From positions 32,001-96,000 of IMG/VR virus record IMGVR_UViG_3300011423_000006: a DNA stretch of 64,000 nucleotides; one strand, 5' to 3'. Of this stretch, positions 38,173-46,362 are shown piece after piece. Every line of letters begins with the position of its first letter. Positions within the stretch are counted from its first letter, which is position 1. Under the pieces are notes generated by a model, which saw only the letters and a program-made list of their open reading frames with translations, ran no database searches and was not told where the DNA came from. The stretch is from a virus. Taxonomy: Duplodnaviria > Caudoviricetes. A program made the translations under genes and the position numbers.

Positions 38173-39311
38173 GCAAAAAAGTAATAATTAGTGGATGTAC
38201 GGGACAAATGGGAAGTTTTTTTGTGGATTATTTATTAAAAAACACAAATCATGAACTCTTTGGATTGGTTAGACGATTATCTGTTAAAAATCATAAAAAC
38301 ATAGAACATATTAAAGACCCGCGTTTTAAATTAATTAGCGCGGATTTGACTGATGGTGAGTCATTATATCAAGCAATAGATCAAGTTAGACCGGATTATT
38401 TTATTAATTGTGCGGCCCAATCTTTTGTTTCCGAGTCTTGGATTAGTCCTGTCAATACGTTTCGCACAGATGCCGAAGCAATCATTCATATTTTAGAAGC
38501 GATTCGTAAAGTTAATCCAGCATGTCGTTTTTATAATTTCGGATCAAGCGAGGAATTCGGAGACGTTTTATATTCCCCTCAGGATATTAAACATCCTTAT
38601 CGGGCTCGTTCTCCTTATGGTGCTGCTAAAATTGCAGCACACTCCATAGTAAAAGTGTACCGAGAAAGTTATAATTTGTATGCTATTCAAGGTATTTGTT
38701 TTAATTACGAAGGAACGAGAAGGGGCGAGGAATTTGTTACTCGTAAAATTACTAAGGGAGTGGCTAGAATTAAAAATTTTTGGAATAAAGCTCACGGTTT
38801 TGAGCCAATTACACTTGGTAATTTAGATGCTCGTCGTGACTGGTCCGATTGCGAAGATTTTGTAGATGGAGTTTGGAGGATGTTAAATCAGGACGCGTTT
38901 AATCCCGAAATTAAAAATATACCTTCGGTTACAGCTAGAAAGGCGGGGATTTTATTACCCCGTCCTGTAGAATATGATTTATCTAGTAAAGTAAGAGAAT
39001 ATGTTTTAGCGAGTGGTGAAACTCATTCAATTAGAGAGTTTATAGAATTAGCATTTCAAGAAGTGGGTATTGTAGGTCAATGGGCAGGAAAGGGAATAAA
39101 TGAGCAATATTTAATGACGGGACAAGGGTTAAAAGGTTTGCCTGTTTTGGTTCGTATTGATTCTAAATTTAATCGTCCCGCTGATGTAGAATTATTATTA
39201 GGAGACTCAACTCCTATTCGTCAGGAATTAGGTTGGTCCCCAAAAACTACTTTCCCCGAACTAGTTAAGAAAATGGTAATTGCAGATTTAAAAGAAGTAG
39301 GATATAATTAA
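38169..39311 (+). CDS. gmd: GDP-mannose 4,6-dehydratase
   Basis: ISG.TGQ.GS, AAQSFV..S, SSE.FG, SPYG.AK, FVTRKI, LGNLDARRDW and RPADV..LLGD motifs. Confidence 0.95.
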   Translation: MSKKVIISGCTGQMGSFFVDYLLKNTNHELFGLVRRLSVKNHKNIEHIKDPRFKLISADLTDGESLYQAIDQVRPDYFINCAAQSFVSESWISPVNTFRTDAEAIIHILEAIRKVNPACRFYNFGSSEEFGDVLYSPQDIKHPYRARSPYGAAKIAAHSIVKVYRESYNLYAIQGICFNYEGTRRGEEFVTRKITKGVARIKNFWNKAHGFEPITLGNLDARRDWSDCEDFVDGVWRMLNQDAFNPEIKNIPSVTARKAGILLPRPVEYDLSSKVREYVLASGETHSIREFIELAFQEVGIVGQWAGKGINEQYLMTGQGLKGLPVLVRIDSKFNRPADVELLLGDSTPIRQELGWSPKTTFPELVKKMVIADLKEVGYN

Positions 39312-39315
39312 AGTC

Positions 39316-39657
39316 ATGGCTAAAAACATAGAGCACGAAAAATGTAAATTTTTGGTGTCGTTTTTCTGCGGTAAAATTGATACCAACTTTTGGGCGCGGG
39401 AAATTAAAATTGCCAAAAAGTTAATTAAAGAACATCCCGAGACGGATTTGTGGGAGAAAATGGTATTTAAATGTAAACTTCCTTCTTTAGCATTCTTTCT
39501 CACCGAAGACGGGCAAAACATGATGAAAAAACATTTTGCTATTAAAAAACTTGTTTTACCAGAAAAACCAGAGTATAATTTAGACAAGGAAACAAAAATT
39601 CAAGAAATAGCAGAAGTTTCCAAGCCAAAAACAATTTTTAATTTTTTAAATTCATAA
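39316..39657 (+). CDS. hypothetical protein
   Basis: ORF preceding recA. Confidence 0.7.
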   Translation: MAKNIEHEKCKFLVSFFCGKIDTNFWAREIKIAKKLIKEHPETDLWEKMVFKCKLPSLAFFLTEDGQNMMKKHFAIKKLVLPEKPEYNLDKETKIQEIAEVSKPKTIFNFLNS

Positions 39658-39659
39658 TT

Positions 39660-40799
39660 ATGGGACGTAAAGCAAAAGAAGAAGAAGTAGAACAAGAAAC
39701 TAAAAAATCTGGAAATAATTCAGCAAAATACGCAGCCGCTTATTTAGCCGAACATCCTGATCATCTCTGTACAGAGGAAGATATTGTTTACACTGTTTCT
39801 AGCGGGAGTCTTGGTTTGGATGTGGAAATGGGGGGAGGAATTAGGCCGGGTATTGTTAGAATGACGGGAATTTCGGAGGGCGGGAAAACATCTTGTTCTT
39901 TCTCTTATATGAAAAATTTCTTACAAGAAAAAAATCGCAAAGGTGTTTATATTAGAGCCGAAAGAAAAGAATCTGAGCAACTTAAAAAACGTATCGGCGT
40001 TCCATTAACTTATGACATTGAAAATTGGCCGGACCAAACTTGTTTTGTTTATCGTGGAAATATTTATGAAAACGTAATCGGTTTCATGAGAACTTTAGTT
40101 ATGAAGAATCCTGATAAAACTCAATATATGTTTATTCTTGATTCTATGGATGGATTGATACCTAAAGCAGATTACGATAAAGACTTCCAAGATGCTGTTC
40201 AAGTTGCGGGCGGGGCTCTTATTACAGCGGTATTTTTAAAAAAACTTGCGTTAGCAATGGGTGTTAGAGGCCATATATGTATTTTAATTAGTCAGGTTCG
40301 TGCAACCATTAGAATTAATCAACAACAAAAAATTGACCCAAAATTGACCAATGCAACAGGCGGAAATGCCGCCCAACATTGGGCGGATTGGATTTTAGAA
40401 TTCCAAAATCACGAAACAAAAGAATGCAAAATACGAGAAAATGACGCGGAAAAGGGAAAAGTTTTGGGTCATTGGTGTAAAATTATTTTCAAAAAGACTC
40501 CTAACGAAAAAACCAACGAAGTAATTCAATATCCTATTAAATACAATCAATCTGCTGGCGATAGAGTTTGGGTGGAACGAGAAGTTGCGGATCAATTAAT
40601 TTTTTGGGAATTTATTAAAGTAAGTGGCAAATGGATTTCGCCAACTTTTGTTTTTACAAATGTTTTAAAAGAACATAATTTTACTTTTCCAGAAAAGTTC
40701 GACGGCATGAAAAACCTTAATGAATATCTAGAAGAAAATCCTGATTTAGTTAAATTTTTGTATAATTACTTTAGAGAAGTTAAAATGAAGGAAATTTAA
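39660..40799 (+). CDS. RecA/UvsX-like recombinase
   Basis: SGS..LD...GGG, G.SEGGKT, ILDS, SQVR and TGGNA motifs. Confidence 0.9.
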   Translation: MGRKAKEEEVEQETKKSGNNSAKYAAAYLAEHPDHLCTEEDIVYTVSSGSLGLDVEMGGGIRPGIVRMTGISEGGKTSCSFSYMKNFLQEKNRKGVYIRAERKESEQLKKRIGVPLTYDIENWPDQTCFVYRGNIYENVIGFMRTLVMKNPDKTQYMFILDSMDGLIPKADYDKDFQDAVQVAGGALITAVFLKKLALAMGVRGHICILISQVRATIRINQQQKIDPKLTNATGGNAAQHWADWILEFQNHETKECKIRENDAEKGKVLGHWCKIIFKKTPNEKTNEVIQYPIKYNQSAGDRVWVEREVADQLIFWEFIKVSGKWISPTFVFTNVLKEHNFTFPEKFDGMKNLNEYLEENPDLVKFLYNYFREVKMKEI

Positions 40800-41209
40800 T
40801 GCGTTGGATTAATAAACGGGAGAAATTAGTTTGGCATCCTGATAATAAATATAGAATAAAATGGGGTAAAAAAGCCCCATCAAAAGGGGCTCAAGAAGTT
40901 AAAGATTTTTTGCATCGATATTGCAGCGATTATATTTGGTATGAAGAATACCGATTGCCGGGATGCTTGTTGAGAGTTGATTTTTTATCTCCCAATAAAA
41001 AACTTGCTATTGAATTTAACGGGCCTCAACATGAGGGATTTAACAAATTTTTTCATGGAACAAGAACCGGTTATAAAAACATGTTTAAAAGAGACATGGA
41101 TAAAGAAAAATTTCTAGTTAAAAATGGTTACACTTTCATAGAGATTTATAAAGAAGATTTGCCTTTGACCCATAGTTTCTTTTCAAGTAATTATAATATA
41201 ATAATTTAG
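40799..41209 (+). CDS. PD-(D/E)XK endonuclease (DUF559/Vsr-like)
   Basis: RVDF....LAIEFNGPQH...RD..K. Confidence 0.8.
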   Translation: MRWINKREKLVWHPDNKYRIKWGKKAPSKGAQEVKDFLHRYCSDYIWYEEYRLPGCLLRVDFLSPNKKLAIEFNGPQHEGFNKFFHGTRTGYKNMFKRDMDKEKFLVKNGYTFIEIYKEDLPLTHSFFSSNYNIII

Positions 41210-41223
41210 GTGTAATAGATAGT

Positions 41224-41478
41224 GTGGATAAACCCTTTGAATTGCCAGCGGCGTTTTTAAAACAGCTTAATGAATTTTCACGCGGCGGGTATATACTAAT
41301 CAGAGCTAATACCAATGGCGCTCCTGAAGTTTACGTGCAATTTGATGATATGCTTACTGCTATTGGGATGATTCGTTACACTAAAATGTGGAGCACCGCT
41401 TTAGACGAACTAAACGAAGAAAACGTTATCGAGAATATTAAAAACGAAAACGACCCCGAAGATTCAGACGAAGAATAA
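41224..41478 (+). CDS. hypothetical protein with acidic tail
   Basis: GTG start preceded by GTGTAA at 41210. Confidence 0.7.
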   Translation: MDKPFELPAAFLKQLNEFSRGGYILIRANTNGAPEVYVQFDDMLTAIGMIRYTKMWSTALDELNEENVIENIKNENDPEDSDEE

Positions 41479-41526
41479 GTTTCATTTTATCTTGAGTTTC
41501 TGTAAAGTTTAACATATAATTTAACT

Positions 41527-43008
41527 ATGGCGCAACTGTTTTCATTACAAGTCGAGAGACACACTTTGTCGGCGTTTTTTAAACATCCTCAGGTTTTTCC
41601 TGAAGTCGATGGGTTCATGACGGAATATGATTATTACAATGACACAAATCGAACTATATTTACGGTTATTCGTTCTATTTTAACGCGTGGGGAAAAGTTA
41701 GATAAGGTTTTAGTTGCTCAAAAAATTGATAATTTGGGTTTTAAACCTAAGGACGACCTTAATATTTTTCAATATTTAGACGCGGTAGCCGGTTCTCAAA
41801 TTACCGCCAAAGCTGGCGTTGATGCTTGCAAAGAACTAGTGAAATTTCGGGTTCGGAGAGAGCTTTGCGAAACGTCAGAAAAAATTAAAGATTTTGTTCT
41901 TAAAAATGGTGAACTGAATATTGATAACTTGATTGCGGAAACCGATAAAATCTATAACGATAAAATATTTTCATATCAAATAGAACATGAGCCCAAAGAC
42001 CTTTATGATGGTTTAGAGGAAATGGTTTTAAAACGCGGGGCCAATCCTTTGGAAGAAACCGGATTACTTACACCTTACGGAGAATTTAACAGGTTGTTTG
42101 GTGGGATTCGTGGCGGTAACGGATTATACGCCGTCGCTTCTCGTCCTAAACATGGTAAATCAACTTGGCTTTTAAATATGGCCGAAGGGATTACAATGTT
42201 AAATAAAGACACTATTGCTCTTTATCTAGATACTGAAATGGAAACTGAAATCAGTCAGTTTCGAGCCGCTTCCGCTATTACTGACGCTCCTATGTGGTAT
42301 CTCGAAACCGGGAACTGGAGTAAAAATGCCGAATTGACCAAAAAAGTAAAAGCGACTTTAAGTAATGTTCAAAAATTAAAAAATCGAGTTTTTCATCTTA
42401 ATGTAGCTAACCGTCCAGTAGAACAAATTTGTAGTTTGATTCGTCGTTTTTATTATAAACATATCGGGCGGACTTCGGGAAAAAGATTAGTGGTTTTTTA
42501 TGATTACATTAAATTAACCGGGGAAAAACTAACAAATAATTGGGCGGAACATCAAGCCATTGGCGAAAAAATCAATCTTCTTAATGAAACCGGGAATGAG
42601 TTGAAAGTTCCCCTTTGGGCGGCGATTCAATTAAACCGTTCCGCCGAAGACGGAAGGGATGATAGCGCGGCTATTGCTATCTCGGATCGTTTACAATGGT
42701 TTGCGGCATTTGTGGCAATTTTTAGACGCAAACGGATGGATGAATTAGCCGAAGATGGGATAGATTTTGGAACTCATAAAATGATTCCTACTGCGACTCG
42801 TTTCCAAGGTAAGGATTCGGCGGGGCATTTAGATATGGTGAAAGTTTCGGTAGGGAAGCAAAAACCAAAATATGAGCAAAATTTTATTAATTATAATATT
42901 GAAAATTTCCGTATTTGTGAGAAAGGAACTTTGATTGACGTTGTGAGACGGCGGCAAGCTTTAATTAAATTGCAAGATGACGATCAATCAGATGACGCCC
43001 ATGTATGA
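41527..43008 (+). CDS. dnaB: replicative DNA helicase
   Basis: SRPKHGKS Walker A, LDTEM, DYIK, QLNR and SDR motifs; promoter TTGAGT-17-TATAAT at 41492-41520. Confidence 0.92.
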   Translation: MAQLFSLQVERHTLSAFFKHPQVFPEVDGFMTEYDYYNDTNRTIFTVIRSILTRGEKLDKVLVAQKIDNLGFKPKDDLNIFQYLDAVAGSQITAKAGVDACKELVKFRVRRELCETSEKIKDFVLKNGELNIDNLIAETDKIYNDKIFSYQIEHEPKDLYDGLEEMVLKRGANPLEETGLLTPYGEFNRLFGGIRGGNGLYAVASRPKHGKSTWLLNMAEGITMLNKDTIALYLDTEMETEISQFRAASAITDAPMWYLETGNWSKNAELTKKVKATLSNVQKLKNRVFHLNVANRPVEQICSLIRRFYYKHIGRTSGKRLVVFYDYIKLTGEKLTNNWAEHQAIGEKINLLNETGNELKVPLWAAIQLNRSAEDGRDDSAAIAISDRLQWFAAFVAIFRRKRMDELAEDGIDFGTHKMIPTATRFQGKDSAGHLDMVKVSVGKQKPKYEQNFINYNIENFRICEKGTLIDVVRRRQALIKLQDDDQSDDAHV

Positions 43009-43946
43009 ATTCTGTAGAAAGTATTTTAACAGAATTGGGTTATAATCTAACAAGGTCTGCAAACTATTTACAAGCGGCGGCGGTATATCGCGGGGGAGAC
43101 GATCATACTTCTTTGACAATATATCCCGAAGATAATTTATGCATTGATTGGGTTTTAGGGGAACGGTTTTCAATTGAAGTATTGATTGCTCGGACTTTAA
43201 AAATAGAAAACCCGGACCTTGTTCAAGAATGGTTAAAAACAAAAAACGTTGTTATCAAAACCGAGATAACAAAACCAAAAATAAAAATGCCTAAAATCCA
43301 TCCTCCTGAAACATTATTTAGTTTAAGCCCTGATCATAGTTATTGGATTAATCGTGGAATTGATTTAGATACCTTGAAATTATTTAAAGGGGGACTAGCT
43401 GGTAAAATTGGAAGTTTGAAAAACAGATATGTTTTTCCGATATTTAACGCTAAAAATGAAATTGTGGGTTTTACGGGGCGCGACACTCTTAAATTTGAAG
43501 GTGAATATGAGGGGCGCAAACGTCCAAAGTGGAAACATTTGGGCAATAAAGCAGCCTTTAAATGGCCCCTTATATTAAATAATAAAATAATCCAAAATAA
43601 GAAACAGGTTATTTTGGTCGAATCTCCCGGTGATGTTTTGTCTTTTTGGACATGCGGAATTAAAAATGTTATTTGTGTTTTTGGGACTGAACTAAGTTTT
43701 GATATTATTAATTATCTTATCAAATATGATATAGATGATATTATTATTAGCACTAATAGCGATATAGTAAATGAACAAGGTCGAGCACCGGGGCAGGAAG
43801 CGGCTGAGAAAATGGAACGAAAATTGCAAAAATATTTTGATTATCGACAAATTCGCGTTTGTTTGCCAGAGTTAAAAGATTGGAACGAAGTTTTACGTGT
43901 CGAAAATGGCCCCGCCCAAATTAAGAAATGGTATGATAATTTATGA
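43005..43946 (+). CDS. DNA primase (TOPRIM)
   Basis: RGI, R.VFPI, GFTGR, KWKH, VESPGD and KDWNE motifs; N-terminal zinc finger degenerate. Confidence 0.9.
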   Translation: MNSVESILTELGYNLTRSANYLQAAAVYRGGDDHTSLTIYPEDNLCIDWVLGERFSIEVLIARTLKIENPDLVQEWLKTKNVVIKTEITKPKIKMPKIHPPETLFSLSPDHSYWINRGIDLDTLKLFKGGLAGKIGSLKNRYVFPIFNAKNEIVGFTGRDTLKFEGEYEGRKRPKWKHLGNKAAFKWPLILNNKIIQNKKQVILVESPGDVLSFWTCGIKNVICVFGTELSFDIINYLIKYDIDDIIISTNSDIVNEQGRAPGQEAAEKMERKLQKYFDYRQIRVCLPELKDWNEVLRVENGPAQIKKWYDNL

Positions 43947-44677
43947 AGTTTTTAGAGGGCGTAGAGCCAATTATATTTAAAGAAAAAGAGCATCAATATT
44001 TTACGCCGCAAGGTCAAGAATTAATATCGGCTTCGACTCTTGTTCATGAATATTCCCCGCCTTTTGATCCTACCGGGTCGATTTTAATTAATAAGGCGGA
44101 AAAATTGGGAATTTCCCCGGAAGAATTGCGGAAACAATGGGATTATGAACGTGATTCGGCGTGTGAGCGCGGAACACAATTTCATAAAGAGGCTGAATAT
44201 TGGGTCGAGAATCGTAAAGTTGCCCCCGCAAACAAGTATAAGGGTCAATATCGAGACGTTATTAAACAATTAAAGCAAATCACTTTTAAAGGAACACCAA
44301 TTACGGAAACAGTAGTTTATTCGGTTCGCTTAGGACTCGCTGGAACCATCGATTTGCTTGATATGTATGATACTAATAAAGCCGATATTAAAGATTGGAA
44401 GACCAATAAGGCCCTAAAATTCAAATCGTTTTTTAAACGCGGCTTAGGATATCAAAAAATGTTGCCGCCCGTAGGACATTTATTGGATTGTAATTTCGTG
44501 CATTATTCATTACAACTAGCTATCTACGAGATACTTATGGAGGAAAACGGTTACTGGATAAACGATAAAACTCTATATTATATTAATCCCAAAACGAGAA
44601 TTGTGGAACATCATAAGGTTCTTCCTCTCCGTAAAGAGGCTATGAAAATTATTAACCATTTTAATATTAATAAATAG
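43943..44677 (+). CDS. PD-(D/E)XK exonuclease
   Basis: H.Y, RGT.FH, LAGTIDL, DWKT and Y.LQL.IY motifs. Confidence 0.88.
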   Translation: MKFLEGVEPIIFKEKEHQYFTPQGQELISASTLVHEYSPPFDPTGSILINKAEKLGISPEELRKQWDYERDSACERGTQFHKEAEYWVENRKVAPANKYKGQYRDVIKQLKQITFKGTPITETVVYSVRLGLAGTIDLLDMYDTNKADIKDWKTNKALKFKSFFKRGLGYQKMLPPVGHLLDCNFVHYSLQLAIYEILMEENGYWINDKTLYYINPKTRIVEHHKVLPLRKEAMKIINHFNINK

Positions 44678-44715
44678 CCTTTGACAAAAAGTAATGAATT
44701 TGGTAGTTTAATATT

Positions 44716-44937
44716 ATGTCATTTGATTTTGCAAGAGACTTGATGGATGCTTTGGAAAAGCAAGGGATGGATTATGCCCTCTTTACCATTCATAAAGATT
44801 GTTCTAATAAAAAAACCCCTGAATATGTTATCAGTCGTTTCGAGTCTTTAAATGACGAAACTAAAAAAGCTCTTTTAATTGGGCTTCAGAATTTTCAAAT
44901 AGAATTAGAGAAGGCGTTAGCCAAAAAAACTAAATGA
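44716..44937 (+). CDS. hypothetical protein
   Basis: promoter TTGACA-17-TAGTTT at 44681-44709. Confidence 0.7.
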   Translation: MSFDFARDLMDALEKQGMDYALFTIHKDCSNKKTPEYVISRFESLNDETKKALLIGLQNFQIELEKALAKKTK

Positions 44938-45710
44938 GTCAAATCATTCCTTTATTTACAACAGATTATTCTGTAGGGAAGTCAATTCTTACACTAGAAG
45001 AAGCGAGCGAAATCAAGGAAGACGAACCAATTTCTATTACTTCCATTGCTAAAAAGTATAAAATTAATCCTGCTTTCGTGGTAGAATCAAGCATGACAGG
45101 TTTTGTTAAAGCTTATAAGCATTTTAAGGAACTTGATATACAATTTATTTTTGGGCTCATGTTGGTCATGGTAGACGATATCAAACAAAAAAACGAAGAA
45201 TCGTTCGAAACCGAAAATAAGGTTATCGTTTTGTTAAATAACCAAGACGGTTATTCTGATTTGATTAAAATATTTTCTGTGGCTGCAACCGAGGGTAAAT
45301 ATTACGTGCCGCGCCTAGATTGGAAAAACTTAAAAAAGTTTTGGACAAAAAATCTATCTTTAGCTATTCCAATGTATGATAGTTTTCTAGCAAATAATAT
45401 GCTCCGAGTCGCTTCTTGCATTCCAGATTTTCCCGAAGAACCTGTATTTTTTATGGAAAATCATGATTTGCCGGTTGATGGATTAATTAATGCGGCAATA
45501 ATAAAATATTGTTCAACTAATAAAAACGAAATTGTTCCCACTCATTCTATTTATTATTTTAAAAACGCAGATGTTTTGCCTTATCAGATTTATCGTTGTA
45601 TTGATCGGCGGTCTAAAAAATCAGTTTTTAGCAAACCTAATATGTCGGGGTTCGGATCGGATCGATTTTCCTTTGAAAGTTATTTAGAATTAGCTAATAG
45701 AAAGATTTAA
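44934..45710 (+). CDS. stand-alone PHP domain of DNA polymerase III alpha
   Basis: T.YS...S, M.GFV, G, N..GY..L.K..S.A and YY.PR.D pattern of the DnaE N-terminus; metal His residues degenerate. Confidence 0.8.
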   Translation: MSQIIPLFTTDYSVGKSILTLEEASEIKEDEPISITSIAKKYKINPAFVVESSMTGFVKAYKHFKELDIQFIFGLMLVMVDDIKQKNEESFETENKVIVLLNNQDGYSDLIKIFSVAATEGKYYVPRLDWKNLKKFWTKNLSLAIPMYDSFLANNMLRVASCIPDFPEEPVFFMENHDLPVDGLINAAIIKYCSTNKNEIVPTHSIYYFKNADVLPYQIYRCIDRRSKKSVFSKPNMSGFGSDRFSFESYLELANRKI

Positions 45711-46361
45711 ATGGACGAGCATTTACTGAGAAATCAAAATTATAAGCATTTTTATTGGGATTTTGAAACATGTTCCGTTAATTTGGTTAGTCCTACTAAT
45801 TTAATTTGGGAATTGGGTTTGCTGGTTTGTGACGGGACTCAAATTACCAAAGAAATTAAGCGATATATTCGTTGGGAGCCGTTGCCTATAACCGAGGGCG
45901 CGGCTAGAGTAACAAAGTTTCATTTAAAAGAACAGGAATATTGGGATACTGCAATTAGCCCGAAAGAAGCTTTAGACGAATTTGAAAGTTATCTTTATGA
46001 TAAGGGCAATTGGGCGAAAGGCCATAATGTTTTGGGATTTGATATTTATCTTCATAATATTTGGAGAAAGAAATTAGGGAAGAAGCCTGATTGGTCATAT
46101 TTAAATCGAGTAATTGATACCGATGCGGTTGCGCGAGCAAGTAAAGCGGGGTATAAATATCAACACAAAGAAGATTTGTTGGCGTTTCAATTTCGAGCGG
46201 GGTCTATTATTAAAAAGGGAAATAAAACTAATTTGACTGATTTAGCCAAAGAGTATAAAATAGAAGGAGTTGATTTTGAAAATCTCCATCAGGCCCTTGA
46301 AGATGTACGTCTTAATCGGTTAGTTTGGGAAACTGGTTTAAAATGGACGATTGATATTTAA
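45711..46361 (+). CDS. DEDDh 3'-5' exonuclease (DnaQ/epsilon-like)
   Basis: DFET, GHN..GFD and H.ALEDV motifs. Confidence 0.9.
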   Translation: MDEHLLRNQNYKHFYWDFETCSVNLVSPTNLIWELGLLVCDGTQITKEIKRYIRWEPLPITEGAARVTKFHLKEQEYWDTAISPKEALDEFESYLYDKGNWAKGHNVLGFDIYLHNIWRKKLGKKPDWSYLNRVIDTDAVARASKAGYKYQHKEDLLAFQFRAGSIIKKGNKTNLTDLAKEYKIEGVDFENLHQALEDVRLNRLVWETGLKWTIDI

Positions 46362-46362
46362 T

